IMG/VR virus record: IMGVR_UViG_3300037420_001751
Source of the DNA: an uncultured virus (IMG/VR IMGVR_UViG_3300037420_001751)
Lineage: Duplodnaviria; Heunggongvirae; Uroviricota; Caudoviricetes
Strand: one strand, 5' to 3'
Length of the DNA stretch: 64,000 nucleotides
Below are positions 1-9,183 of the stretch, piece by piece. The position numbers and the translations under genes are program-made. Each line of letters starts with the position of its first letter. Position 1 is the stretch's first letter. The notes under the pieces are model-generated. The model was not told the DNA's origin. It made no database searches and worked only from the letters and a program-made list of their open reading frames with translations.

Positions 1-59
1 GCGAAAAACTTTCGCGTCACGCACTGGATGAATCCCGGCAAGCCGCGCGGAGGAAAGGC

Positions 60-266
60 ATGACACAGACCATCGCCAAGCAGTGCGAAGTCTACGTTCA
101 CGTTCGTGACACTTATCGCTATCACGGCGGAAAGCAGCGCTTCAAGATGCACTACCGGAAGCAGCGTTGCAGCCGCAAGGCGACGAAGGGCTGGATGTGT
201 ACTCAGCACGCAAAAATGGCGGAGCAAGGCCGGAACTTCCTCCGCGTGGAGCCGCAATGGAGATGA
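60..266 (+). CDS. small basic Cys/His-containing hypothetical protein
   Basis: 68 aa ORF with GGAGG upstream; overlaps start of next ORF. Confidence 0.5.
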   Translation: MTQTIAKQCEVYVHVRDTYRYHGGKQRFKMHYRKQRCSRKATKGWMCTQHAKMAEQGRNFLRVEPQWR

Positions 267-1189
267 CCCCACAGCAGCGCATCGCCGCCCTGCCAGATTT
301 TTGGCGGACACAACTTGAATCACTGTTGGAGATGTTGTCCGACAAGAACGCGACTTTCAGCGGAAAGGTATATCGCGCCACTGAGCGAATCAACGGATGG
401 CTTCGCGCCGCCTCACTTCAGGACTCTACCCCGGTAGCGGCCCCAGCGACAGCGGATGACATTCGTAAAGAGATGGTCGCGAAATATGGAGATTGCTGCA
501 AAGGCGGCGACCCATTCTGCGCTGGCGGCTGCTTGGTTGAAAAGGCGATACGCCGCGACTCCGCAACCGCGCCGCAAGCGACAGACGATGAAGATGTATC
601 TCTGCTCGACGCACTGAAGCACGGCAACGGACTGATCGCGGAAGTGATGAGTGACCTAGAGGATTTGGGAGCCGAAAAGGCTGACGCGATTCACGCGAAA
701 CTGCGCGAGGCATCGCATCACTTCCTAGGCTGCACGATTCAATGTGAAGAAGAGGCCGCCGCCCCACTCGCGCATTGTCACGCGGGAAAAGACGGCGACT
801 GCATCTGGAAAGACTGCCCGCAGAACCGCGACGGAGAGCCGAACGCGACAGGCCGCCACTGTCCGCTAGACATCGACGAAGATGACGAGGACGCGCCAGA
901 GCCGCCACAGCCGCCCCGCCAGAAGTCGCAAGGCTTATGCGAAGTGACGAGTACGGAGCGGTTCGACATCGGCGGATGTGACTGTCCGACATATCCCGGC
1001 AATCTCGGGCCATGTGCCGAGTACGAACTTGGCGGAAACGGACGCTGCGTGTATTGCGACCACACCGAAGCGTGTCACGCGAAAGTGAGCGCCCCCTCCC
1101 CCGCCCGACAGCAGGAAGCGCCCGCGACGAAATGCGAATCAATCTGCGTTCGCCCCGAAGGGCATGAAGGAGAATGCGATGACTTATAA
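257..1189 (+). CDS. mosaic Cys-rich hypothetical phage protein
   Basis: Likely start MEMTPQQ at 257; several small Cys clusters (CHAGKDGDCIWKDCPQ..GRHCPLD; CDCPTY..CVYCDH..CH) joined by Pro/Ala linkers. Confidence 0.55.
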   Translation: MEMTPQQRIAALPDFWRTQLESLLEMLSDKNATFSGKVYRATERINGWLRAASLQDSTPVAAPATADDIRKEMVAKYGDCCKGGDPFCAGGCLVEKAIRRDSATAPQATDDEDVSLLDALKHGNGLIAEVMSDLEDLGAEKADAIHAKLREASHHFLGCTIQCEEEAAAPLAHCHAGKDGDCIWKDCPQNRDGEPNATGRHCPLDIDEDDEDAPEPPQPPRQKSQGLCEVTSTERFDIGGCDCPTYPGNLGPCAEYELGGNGRCVYCDHTEACHAKVSAPSPARQQEAPATKCESICVRPEGHEGECDDL

Positions 1190-1988
1190 AGCCGAGGCCA
1201 CCGGGGGCCGCGAGCGGGAGATCGCGGAGCGACTCAAGCGAATCACGCCGGGAACGTGGCTCTACAACTCTTACAACCTCGTCGCGACCATCGACTATCA
1301 GGACGATAACGACGAGGTGTGCTGGGTTCCGGTTTCCGCCGGTGATACAGCGACGAAGCAGGGCGGTTATAACGCCGAGTTCATTGCGAACGCGCCTGAC
1401 GACATCCGCTACCTCTTGGCCGAGCTTACCCGTGTAAACGCCGAACGAGATAACTGGAAGACTGAAGCGGAAAAAGCGGGGAGTTACATCGCCAAGCAAG
1501 ACCGCGAATATGACGATCTGGAGTCCCAACTAGAGCGGCTCAAGCAGGCGCTCCCCAACAAAATCATTTCAGAGCTTGACGGTTCAGTGATATGTGGAAC
1601 GGTGTTTATCGGAGAAACCGACGCGGGAGTCATCGACGACAACTTCAGAGAAGGGTGGAACGAGGGTATCGCTCGCGCACGGAAAATCGTGCTCAGAGAA
1701 TTTCCCGACGCTCTGGCTGGAGCCGTAGCCGCGCCGCCGACCCGAAATGAGTTTGAGGTTCGCGCAGCGGAGGCGTTTCAGGCTATTCAGGATGCTGACG
1801 CAGTAATGAAGGTGCTAGACGATTGGACGGAGCGCGGCCTGCTCAATTCGCGTTCAGCAGCAGCCGATGCGCGGCTCAACTACTCAAAGCCGTACACGTA
1901 TCTCGCTGATCGATTCAAGATTCTGCTTGACCCGTTCCGCGCCGCCCTATCCTCTCCCCCTACGCAGCCCCCGACGGAGGCGAAATGA
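1179..1988 (+). CDS. Ead/Ea22-like accessory protein
   Basis: ITPGTW...NAEFIANAPDDIRYLLAELTR motif followed by coiled coil; SD GAAGGAG before ATG 1179. Confidence 0.55.
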   Translation: MTYKAEATGGREREIAERLKRITPGTWLYNSYNLVATIDYQDDNDEVCWVPVSAGDTATKQGGYNAEFIANAPDDIRYLLAELTRVNAERDNWKTEAEKAGSYIAKQDREYDDLESQLERLKQALPNKIISELDGSVICGTVFIGETDAGVIDDNFREGWNEGIARARKIVLREFPDALAGAVAAPPTRNEFEVRAAEAFQAIQDADAVMKVLDDWTERGLLNSRSAAADARLNYSKPYTYLADRFKILLDPFRAALSSPPTQPPTEAK

Positions 1989-2407
1989 GCGAAGGAATCA
2001 AACTGTTGTTAGGCAAGACGCTGAAAGAAATCGTCGGCGATGTGAACTCTGAAACTTTGGAGTTCGTTGCGGATGACGGCAAGTCATATCGGATGTATCA
2101 CTCGCAGGACTGCTGTGAGACGGTCACGATCAATGACATTTGCGGCGACCTGAAAGACCTGATTGGCGTGCCGATTATTCAAGCGGAGGAGTCAGAGTCA
2201 ACCGAGCGTCCCGAAGGCGTAGAGCCGCCGTCAGCGTATGCCGACGACAGCGAGACGTGGACGTTCTACCGACTCGCAACGGCGAAGGGACAAGTCGTCA
2301 TTCGCTGGTACGGTTCATCAAACGGCTACTACTCGGAAAGCGTGGAGTTTTGTGAACTATACGATCCCGTGCGGGCAGCGCAGCCCGATCCACCGGAGGG
2401 CAAATGA
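1985..2407 (+). CDS. conserved hypothetical phage protein (HxQDCCE / WYGSSNGYYSE type)
   Basis: ATGA overlap with upstream gene; motifs MYHSQDCCETV, TWTFY, RWYGSSNGYYSESV. Confidence 0.7.
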   Translation: MSEGIKLLLGKTLKEIVGDVNSETLEFVADDGKSYRMYHSQDCCETVTINDICGDLKDLIGVPIIQAEESESTERPEGVEPPSAYADDSETWTFYRLATAKGQVVIRWYGSSNGYYSESVEFCELYDPVRAAQPDPPEGK

Positions 2408-2700
2408 GCCACGATGCTACTTATGAACGCACGAGAGGTTCGCGCACAATGAGAAGCGAAGTCTATCCATTTTTCATGTGCTGGTTGAATTGGACCTCCG
2501 GCCTCGCTCTATACATCCAGGCCCAGCATACCGGGCTCGTTATAACCTTTGTGGTATTAAACGCGCTGTTCGGCGGAGTTAATCTTCTCTACGGAGTTAT
2601 CACATGCTGTTATTCCATTGCCAACATGAATCCCAATCCGGACAAAAGTGCGGGGCGCCTATCCGACCGATCCACCGACGTTTCCAATTTCCCGGGGTAG
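2404..2700 (+). CDS. small membrane protein
   Basis: ATGA overlap; two hydrophobic segments. Confidence 0.45.
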   Translation: MSHDATYERTRGSRTMRSEVYPFFMCWLNWTSGLALYIQAQHTGLVITFVVLNALFGGVNLLYGVITCCYSIANMNPNPDKSAGRLSDRSTDVSNFPG

Positions 2701-2781
2701 GGCTGCTCTACGACACGGAGCCGTCTTACCCGCCGTACTGTATGCGCCACCGCTACCCGGAACTACAGAAAGGAGCCCACA

Positions 2782-3114
2782 TTGCTTCCCGACGCGACTA
2801 AACGACATGTAGTGAGACAAATTTATGCAACTCACCAGGACAGTAACAAGCCGTGGACATACTACTTGACGGGCGGGGGTGTGGTATTTGAAAAGAAAGT
2901 TGGTTCTTTTCGCGTCAAGCTGTTTCGGGAAGTCGGCGGCTTGACCTGGTTGACGATGGGCTCTGATGTTGTCCTTCTACGTATGAACGGCGCGGAGAAC
3001 GACTTGATCTCGACCATGTACGACGATTTGGTAAAGGTTGTGGTGAATCCGGAACAACAGGTTGAGCAATTCCTTCAGGAGCTAACGAGTGGGACGCCTC
3101 AAGCAAAGGACTAG
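2782..3114 (+). CDS. hypothetical protein
   Basis: 110 aa ORF, SD AAGGAG before TTG start. Confidence 0.55.
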   Translation: MLPDATKRHVVRQIYATHQDSNKPWTYYLTGGGVVFEKKVGSFRVKLFREVGGLTWLTMGSDVVLLRMNGAENDLISTMYDDLVKVVVNPEQQVEQFLQELTSGTPQAKD

Positions 3115-3331
3115 TCACACACTGCCCCATTACGCCGGCTCGTTGAAGCGGTGGGGGTTTAGTCTAAAACGTGCAAAGCATGTTTTAGGACTAAACGACC
3201 TGTCTGATGACGACTTCTACCGCATCGCGCGGTGCGAGGATGCCACGCCCGAGGAAGTGAACAAGTTTGAACATGCCGTCCGCAACTACGGGCAAGTGCA
3301 TAACCTACCCGGTTGGAAGGAACTGAATTAA
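3089..3331 (+). CDS. hypothetical protein, possibly HTH-like
   Basis: 80 aa ORF tiling with neighbours. Confidence 0.4.
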   Translation: MGRLKQRTSHTLPHYAGSLKRWGFSLKRAKHVLGLNDLSDDDFYRIARCEDATPEEVNKFEHAVRNYGQVHNLPGWKELN

Positions 3332-3992
3332 CCTTCCGGTCCTAAATGTGCCGTGTGAGCATTAGGGAGCACAGGAGAAACAGGTATGAAACAATGCGGT
3401 ACGGGGGTCATTTCTTAGTAATCGCTATGCTGTTAGCCGCGATGGACTGGACTGTAAGCATCTTTGTCATCACGGCTGCTGTTTTAATCATTTTGGTACA
3501 AGGAGCCAAGAGATGCGTTTCAGTGAAACGAAACTCCGCGCTTTCGGGAACAGCCTCCCGTACTCGCAGCGCCGGAACTTCGAGAAAACAGTCAAAGCCG
3601 AAGGGATCCGCCCGGCGGGTTTGACAGGAGCAGTGGAACTAAAAGACCCCATCGTGCACGCGCTTGTAGCGCGTTACAGCGCGTTTTCCAAGCTTGCTGC
3701 GGCTGCGCAGTATGCAGCGCGAGAGCGTGCGTTACAGCGCAACTGTGCGCGACGGGGAGGGGCTGCAAGCGGAGCGCGACGTGTACATGGCCGTTTACGG
3801 GCGCGTGCAAGGAGCTATCGTCATGCGCGAGCGTGAAATTCAATATCAATTTCAGTATTCCGTCGCGCAAAGCGTAACCGCCTTCCTGAAGCATCGGGAG
3901 TTCCTGCACAAGGAACTTGACGCGGCGCGTCAGGTGATGCCCTTTGAGGATTACCGCGAGGAGTGGTGCACGCTCCCATGGGTGCTGATCTC

Positions 3993-4211
3993 ATGATTAC
4001 CTTTTGGACAACGCGAGACGGCACCAACGTCCGGATTGCGGATATGGAGGATGGGCATTTGCTCAACACTATCCGGATGCTGGAAAGGCAAGCGGCGAAA
4101 GGAGTGGAGTGTCATTGCTATGATGCTTCCGACTGTACGCACGACTACTTCCCCCATCCCGCACTGGAACCAATGTATCACGAAGCACGGTACCGCAAAT
4201 TGGAGCACTGA
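3993..4211 (+). CDS. hypothetical phage protein
   Basis: WTTRDG..IADMEDGHLLNTIRML motif typical of small phage proteins; ATGA overlap. Confidence 0.55.
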   Translation: MITFWTTRDGTNVRIADMEDGHLLNTIRMLERQAAKGVECHCYDASDCTHDYFPHPALEPMYHEARYRKLEH

Positions 4212-4501
4212 TGGAACACGATTACATCACAATGACGATTCAGGGGTCCACAAATCAGGACCCCATCTTGCGAGCCCGCGCAATGGGCTACATCGCGCAG
4301 CTTGTGAAATCGGCTATCAATAGCACTGAGGGGTTAGCCGTGCGTGTCGAAGCTGTGGAGATCGACGCACATCGCAGCGACCGGGAACATGGACTTACGC
4401 ACGCAATCAACTTCCTCTACGGTGCGATTAGCCGCATCAACCCAACTACTGCGCGTGAGGATGTGGAACACGTAGTGATGAATCTTGTGAGGCTTCCATG
4501 A
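4211..4501 (+). CDS. hypothetical protein
   Basis: TGATG coupling with upstream ORF. Confidence 0.5.
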   Translation: MEHDYITMTIQGSTNQDPILRARAMGYIAQLVKSAINSTEGLAVRVEAVEIDAHRSDREHGLTHAINFLYGAISRINPTTAREDVEHVVMNLVRLP

Positions 4502-4835
4502 AAAGAGCCGCGGAGTTCTTTGCTTTATGTGTCGGCTGCTATTCGTACTATGTGGCCTCCAGCGTCGGATTGCCGCTCCCGCTTGCCTTCTTTGTGTCCA
4601 TGCTCCTCTGGATATGTTTTGTTCTACTGATTCACTTTGCGTATGGCCCGGATGAAACCATTAACGACTGAACAGGCGTATGCAATGCGCCGCGGTGATA
4701 AAGTCACCGCAAAAGGTCCGTATGCTCCACCTTGGGAGAACTGTACGGTGATGTGGACGGACAAGTTATCTGGCCTGGTTTCACTTGAAATAGCCCGCGG
4801 GAGTTATCTCATCGTTACGAAAGAGGATATCAAAC

Positions 4836-5087
4836 ATGGCGCCCTCGTCAACCACCAGCCACACGCTGGTAAAACTTATACAGAAGTATCCGACTGCATA
4901 TCTGCAGAACATCGACCACGACAACTGGATCGTGTATCATCGCGAGCCCCGCGAAGGGGACGACCTGCTCAAGCTCACAGTGGCAATTTGTTCGGAGACG
5001 ACGCTGATTGAAGCGCTCGCCGAGCTGCAGAAACTGCAGTGCAATCCCGTTCCTAGCGGCGTGCGCTGCTACGAGCAACGCACGTAA
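4836..5087 (+). CDS. hypothetical protein (last + strand gene)
   Basis: SD GAGGA; ends just before the convergence hairpin. Confidence 0.45.
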   Translation: MAPSSTTSHTLVKLIQKYPTAYLQNIDHDNWIVYHREPREGDDLLKLTVAICSETTLIEALAELQKLQCNPVPSGVRCYEQRT

Positions 5088-5104
5088 AGGAACCGCAGCA
5101 CAGC

Positions 5105-5127
5105 ACAGGGACGCTTAGCGTCCCTGT
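5105..5127. terminator. perfect hairpin at the junction of the convergent transcription blocks
   Basis: ACAGGGACGC-TTA-GCGTCCCTGT, 10 bp stem, no U-tract; the loop is the TAA stop of the - strand ORF 5115..5294. Confidence 0.45.
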
Positions 5128-5294
5128 TGCTCTGCGAGCAGCTTCTCGTACGGGTCCACAACGAGGGACTGCCGGTGCAGGAATGTGCAGACTTCGATAC
5201 GAAGTTCCAGAGGTTTAGTCCGATCGCTCCAAACGTGGTCATGCGCACGCACTAGCCACAGCCAACCTGACTTGTCGCGGTCGTAGATGCTCAT
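5115..5294 (-). CDS. 59 aa hypothetical protein (MSIYDRDKSGWLWL...)
   Basis: Read manually; ATGA overlap with upstream gene. Confidence 0.5.
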   Translation of the reverse strand: MSIYDRDKSGWLWLVRAHDHVWSDRTKPLELRIEVCTFLHRQSLVVDPYEKLLAEQQGR

Positions 5295-5803
5295 CGCACG
5301 CTCACGGGCGGCTTAGGCTTGCCGACGTTGGACTTCATGTGTTCAAGCACCCGCTCGCGCACCATGAAGTCGACCTTGTTGCGGAACTGTTCCCACTGTT
5401 CCGGTGTGATATAAACCGCACGTCCCGAAGTGGTAAGAATTACTAAAGCGACTTCTGATTCTTGACCGGTATTGATGACCATCGTTTCAGCAGACAATTC
5501 AGCCCCAAACTGGTGCGGGTCGTTCATCAACTTGCGGTTGTGCCCCACTGTAACCAGGGCTGGGCGCTTGGTGGGGTTCTTGAACTCCCCTACCACTGCC
5601 TCTACTGCCGCATTGAAGGTGCGGAACTGGCCCAGCAGCATCGCTGAGTTACCGTTGCCGATGTAGGCATAGTGGACGAACCGATGGCGGTACTTCTCTA
5701 GCTGCCCGATGGGTCGCCCGTTCAAACGGACGACCCATCGTGATGGTTCCTTCTTGGTAGACTCTTGCACCTGTTCGATCGTTACTGAGTCACAACTACT
5801 CAT
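5291..5803 (-). CDS. hypothetical protein
   Basis: Start MSSCDS with SD AGGAGG. Confidence 0.55.
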   Translation of the reverse strand: MSSCDSVTIEQVQESTKKEPSRWVVRLNGRPIGQLEKYRHRFVHYAYIGNGNSAMLLGQFRTFNAAVEAVVGEFKNPTKRPALVTVGHNRKLMNDPHQFGAELSAETMVINTGQESEVALVILTTSGRAVYITPEQWEQFRNKVDFMVRERVLEHMKSNVGKPKPPVSVR

Positions 5804-6401
5804 CGCCGCATCCCTCCTGTAAGTGGGTCGTGTGAATGAAAATCGCATTTCCGTAGACGACGAAACCCGCGTACCGGGTGGCGATGTGGTTCTCCGGCAT
5901 CTCTTTTTCGTCCGCGCCGTACTCGACATAGAGCCGCGCTTCCTCGTTGAACCACCATGAGCCGTCCGTGGTGCTGACTTTTTCCACCGGACCTCCGACC
6001 AAGTCCTGCAGCTCCCCCAGCTCGAAGCACCTCCCGTTTGCGGGAACCAACGGGCGCCGCGTATTGGAGCGGGCGCCGTAGAAGTACGACTGCTCCGAGG
6101 CCGCCGTGGTAAGTAAGCGGCGGGACAATTCCAATCCGCTTTCCGTCAGCTCCCACAATTCCGTGGACACGAGACGACTACGTTGACTCTTCGCAACCGG
6201 CTTGAGAAGTTCCTCGCGCTCCATGTCGAGTACATAGGGGCGCAGACGTGAAGGCGATAGTTCGAGTTTCGAGGCTAGCTCAAACAATGACCAGTCAAGT
6301 TGAGCACGATGCATCGTTGTGATGACCATCAACCGATAGCGGTTGCGGGCTCGCTGTGAAGCGTTGATGGCTAGGTCGTGAATGGTTTTATTGACACCCA
6401 T
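5796..6401 (-). CDS. winged-helix protein fused to a DUF3846-like domain
   Basis: N-term LFELASKLELSPSRLRPYVLDMEREELL..WELTESG; C-term PANGRCFELGELQDLVGGPVE..NEE..N.IAT..VYGNA. Confidence 0.55.
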   Translation of the reverse strand: MGVNKTIHDLAINASQRARNRYRLMVITTMHRAQLDWSLFELASKLELSPSRLRPYVLDMEREELLKPVAKSQRSRLVSTELWELTESGLELSRRLLTTAASEQSYFYGARSNTRRPLVPANGRCFELGELQDLVGGPVEKVSTTDGSWWFNEEARLYVEYGADEKEMPENHIATRYAGFVVYGNAIFIHTTHLQEGCGDE

Positions 6402-6563
6402 TAGATGCCTCCTACGATTTGATACTTCTTGTTGCAGCTCTGACAAATCACGTCTTGCGCGTCGGGCTCCGCGCAGACGGAACTCTTGCACTGCTTGCAG
6501 GTGAAGGTCATGACGCCTTCGTTGAAGGCCTCTTTCAGGTGTTTGCGGGTTACGCGCAGAATG

Positions 6564-6767
6564 TTATTCGTCGCCAAGGATCACCTCCACGAAAAGGTCA
6601 AAGTCAGCGCGGAGAGCGTCATCGCTTTCGAAGCTAAGTTCTCCACTATCGTCCGCTTCCTGAATGTAGTCTTCCACCAAACGGGTTCCGTCGATGCCCT
6701 GCGTCTCCTTGGCGTGCGGGACGAGGACCTGACGCATAGCGTCCAAGCTGTATTCGTTACCAGCCAT
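6564..6767 (-). CDS. small acidic protein
   Basis: 67 aa, about 18 D/E versus 4 K/R by manual count; SD AAGGA. Confidence 0.55.
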   Translation of the reverse strand: MAGNEYSLDAMRQVLVPHAKETQGIDGTRLVEDYIQEADDSGELSFESDDALRADFDLFVEVILGDE

Positions 6768-6948
6768 AAACAATCCTTTCCGCCCTGGCGATTTGCCGCT
6801 TCGTCCCAATGACGGTCACGGCAGTGTGCCCAACGTAGACGCTGTAGGCGGGACGGGCGTAGATAGCGTTCTCCTTGAGCTGTTGAAGGATGAACTTTTG
6901 CCCGGGTCCGCCTTCCGTGGCCTTGAGGAAACTGAGTGTCTTTTCCAT
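6757..6948 (-). CDS. hypothetical protein
   Basis: 63 aa ORF, SD GGGAG. Confidence 0.5.
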   Translation of the reverse strand: MEKTLSFLKATEGGPGQKFILQQLKENAIYARPAYSVYVGHTAVTVIGTKRQIARAERIVYGW

Positions 6949-6950
6949 GG

Positions 6951-7196
6951 CTAGCTCCCTGTGACCTCGTAGACGTAGGCAATGAGGTCACTGCTGCCAC
7001 CCCACGTCTTATACATGTCGCTAGGAGCAAGCTCAAAGTTCATAATCTTGCCTTCCTTAGCGCGGTTGTTCAGGGTGTGCCGAACTTTAGCCACTTCACT
7101 TTCGCTCAGCATGGCGAAGGTTTCCACTTGCCGTCCGAAGTCGCCATCTTCCGTCCGTAGCGTGAACTTGATTGTGTGCCTTACTTTGTTGGACAT
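6951..7196 (-). CDS. hypothetical protein, first gene after promoter
   Basis: CACAGGAGCACA leader directly upstream. Confidence 0.6.
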   Translation of the reverse strand: MSNKVRHTIKFTLRTEDGDFGRQVETFAMLSESEVAKVRHTLNNRAKEGKIMNFELAPSDMYKTWGGSSDLIAYVYEVTGS

Positions 7197-7230
7197 ACTC
7201 TGTGCTCCTGTGCTTTTGAACTACACGTAC

Positions 7231-7258
7231 AGTTTACTCCCAGCCGTCGAAACAGCAA
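7231..7258 (-). promoter_or_regulatory. sigma70-like promoter
   Basis: ccTTGCTG-16 bp-TAAACT, T-rich upstream, GTAGTT downstream. Confidence 0.45.
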
Positions 7259-7262
7259 GGCT

Positions 7263-7297
7263 AAAAGAAAAGAAAATGGGGTCTTTTCGACCCCATT
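7263..7297 (-). terminator. intrinsic terminator
   Basis: AATGGGGTC-GAAAA-GACCCCATT followed by TTCTTTTCTTTT on the - strand. Confidence 0.8.
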
Positions 7298-7307
7298 GAA
7301 CCTTTAC

Positions 7308-7973
7308 TTAAGCAGCAACCTTTTTGATCACTCGGCCGCGCAGGTTTTGAATGTTGTCCACTGCGCCGGGATTACCTCCCTTGATGACGATCTTATCGCG
7401 GTCTTGGATAGCAGCCCCGTTCAACGCAACGCGGCACTCATCGCCCGTGCCCACGGTGCATTCCCCGTTCGCGACCAGCGTGGAGACCCCATTACGAAGG
7501 ATATACACGCGGCAGCGCCCCGCTGTGGGGCTGGTACCGTGTTCGCCTTGGCAGATCAAATATTCCAGTGTGCCGTTTCCGAGCACGGACTCACCACTAA
7601 GGGTATCGCTTTGCCACCCGGCCGCGCAGTTCGGCTGACCTGTCCCCGACTGTGGCATTACGAACTCCGGGATACCCGTGGGTGTGGTGTTGCAGTTTGC
7701 CTCGAACGATTGATCAGCGTTGATGACCACCGACGGGGACTGTGCCCAGGCGAGTGTTGAACTGTTGTATGGTTCAACACCAGCGCGCGAAGCGCCCGTG
7801 TTCTTCAGGTGCGCCGAACTGAGGGTGCTGACGAAAAGCTTGGAAACCGACGGCAGGATACCGCCGCCGTTACCGTTTCCCGGGTTGCTGTGTGAGCCAC
7901 CACCGCACGCCACCGCAAGGAAGGCGAGTGTGATGACCAGAGCGTACAAACGAGTCATCTTGAGTGTCATCAT
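7308..7973 (-). CDS. Cys-rich lipoprotein (candidate superinfection-exclusion or surface protein)
   Basis: Basic N-terminus, hydrophobic stretch, lipobox-like LAVA-C, Gly-rich linker, six further Cys. Confidence 0.7.
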   Translation of the reverse strand: MMTLKMTRLYALVITLAFLAVACGGGSHSNPGNGNGGGILPSVSKLFVSTLSSAHLKNTGASRAGVEPYNSSTLAWAQSPSVVINADQSFEANCNTTPTGIPEFVMPQSGTGQPNCAAGWQSDTLSGESVLGNGTLEYLICQGEHGTSPTAGRCRVYILRNGVSTLVANGECTVGTGDECRVALNGAAIQDRDKIVIKGGNPGAVDNIQNLRGRVIKKVAA

Positions 7974-8012
7974 ATCTTTTCTCCGTGGGCGGTTGCCCAA
8001 CTAGGATTAACG

Positions 8013-8660
8013 TTACATCGCGGATTGTTGCTTCGCAAGGTTAAAGAAAGAGAAGTTTGGATGTGCCTGTTCGATTTTGACGCAAGCACTGCGGATGTGG
8101 CGCCACACCACGCTGGGCGAGTTGCTAGTATCACGTTTGAAGTCGTTGTCCACGCGGGTCCCAACGGGAACCGCCACGTGCACGGGCTGCTCGCGGTATC
8201 CTTTGGTGCTGGTCATGATGGTTACCGTAAAGCCTAGCGGGTCGCTGCTGTGCAGCACTTTAGCGGGCAAAGCGTAGCTGCCTCCAGCAGCTACGACTTG
8301 CGTTCCGTCGCAGCGCACGAAGCCCAACTTCCCGGAAGGAACGAGATTTGTGTCCCAGCGGTGCTTATATTCCGCCTTGTACAGTTGATGGGTACCGCCC
8401 ACCTTTTCCACCCACATATAGGTACGGTTGATCAAGCACCCGACTAAAACTTCACTTACCATGTCAAAGCGGTGATCGTGGACCGGATGGTCACTTTGTT
8501 GTTTGTTCAACGGAGTCGTTGGCCAGATGTGGAGACGCCGGCGCGGGTAGCCCATGCCGTCGCTTGAATGGTCGTCCAGTTCCAGCTGAATAAAACCGTT
8601 GGGGTGTACCACTGGCCTCCGGCCGGCGTCACGCAGCTCTTGATAGAGTCGGTTCTTCAT
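8013..8660 (-). CDS. cupin-like (double-stranded beta helix) protein
   Basis: HPNGF, RLHIW, HDHRFDMxSxVLxG and distal Y.LPAKVLH motifs. Confidence 0.55.
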   Translation of the reverse strand: MKNRLYQELRDAGRRPVVHPNGFIQLELDDHSSDGMGYPRRRLHIWPTTPLNKQQSDHPVHDHRFDMVSEVLVGCLINRTYMWVEKVGGTHQLYKAEYKHRWDTNLVPSGKLGFVRCDGTQVVAAGGSYALPAKVLHSSDPLGFTVTIMTSTKGYREQPVHVAVPVGTRVDNDFKRDTSNSPSVVWRHIRSACVKIEQAHPNFSFFNLAKQQSAM

Positions 8661-8828
8661 TTGGTGTTTCCTTGTATTTGAAAAATTTAACTTCACCGGG
8701 GGCGAAAAGACATTTCATGGTAGGCAGCGTGACGAGCCTCCGGCAGCGTGTCCCAGCCGGTGAAGACCCGCTGCTTGGGATCGCACCAGCCGCGAGCGGG
8801 CCGATTAGAGCGAAACCCGTACTGGATG

Positions 8829-8981
8829 TCACTCCTCTGGGAAGAGTTCATCCTGGACCTCCGTCGGTTGCGTGAGCATGGAGACACCTTGCTCATAGTC
8901 GTACCCCAGCCGCATGAACTGGTAGATGTCCTCATCCAGTAATTCATGCAGGGGCAAGTGGTTGGGCATGGGAAGGCGCAT
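8829..8981 (-). CDS. 50 aa acidic protein (MRLPMPNHLPLHELLDEDIY...ELFPEE)
   Basis: Read manually, below ORF-track cutoff; starts right after the upstream stop. Confidence 0.4.
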   Translation of the reverse strand: MRLPMPNHLPLHELLDEDIYQFMRLGYDYEQGVSMLTQPTEVQDELFPEE

Positions 8982-8982
8982 G

Positions 8983-9183
8983 TCACATCTCCAGTTCGAC
9001 GTTTGCCAGGATTAGCTGCAAGGCGTCGTCGTATGTCTTGCAGAGGGGCACAGCCTTTTTCAGTTGCTCTGCTTGCTCGCGCATGCCCGCTTGTTTCAAC
9101 GCTTTGGTAACAGCCGCCGTGATAGCGAAGATGTTGGAGGAAACCCCGCTGACATCACAGCGGGGTTTTGTCGAATTAGACAT
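8983..9183 (-). CDS. small conserved-type phage protein
   Basis: G..SNIFAI.AAV.KALKQAG...YDDALQ pattern; SD AGGAG. Confidence 0.55.
   Translation of the reverse strand: MSNSTKPRCDVSGVSSNIFAITAAVTKALKQAGMREQAEQLKKAVPLCKTYDDALQLILANVELEM

Noticed and set aside
426..1529. 367 aa - strand ORF and other long antisense ORFs (e.g. 15387..16103, 45409..46107, 61002..61922)
   Set aside because: Shadow frames opposite well-supported genes, with Arg/Val-biased non-protein-like composition
4637..5087. Long overlap of 4637..5011 with 4836..5087 (and 25117..25581 with 25035..25295) as dual coding
   Set aside because: The overlapping tails look like read-through after a lost stop; no evidence of function
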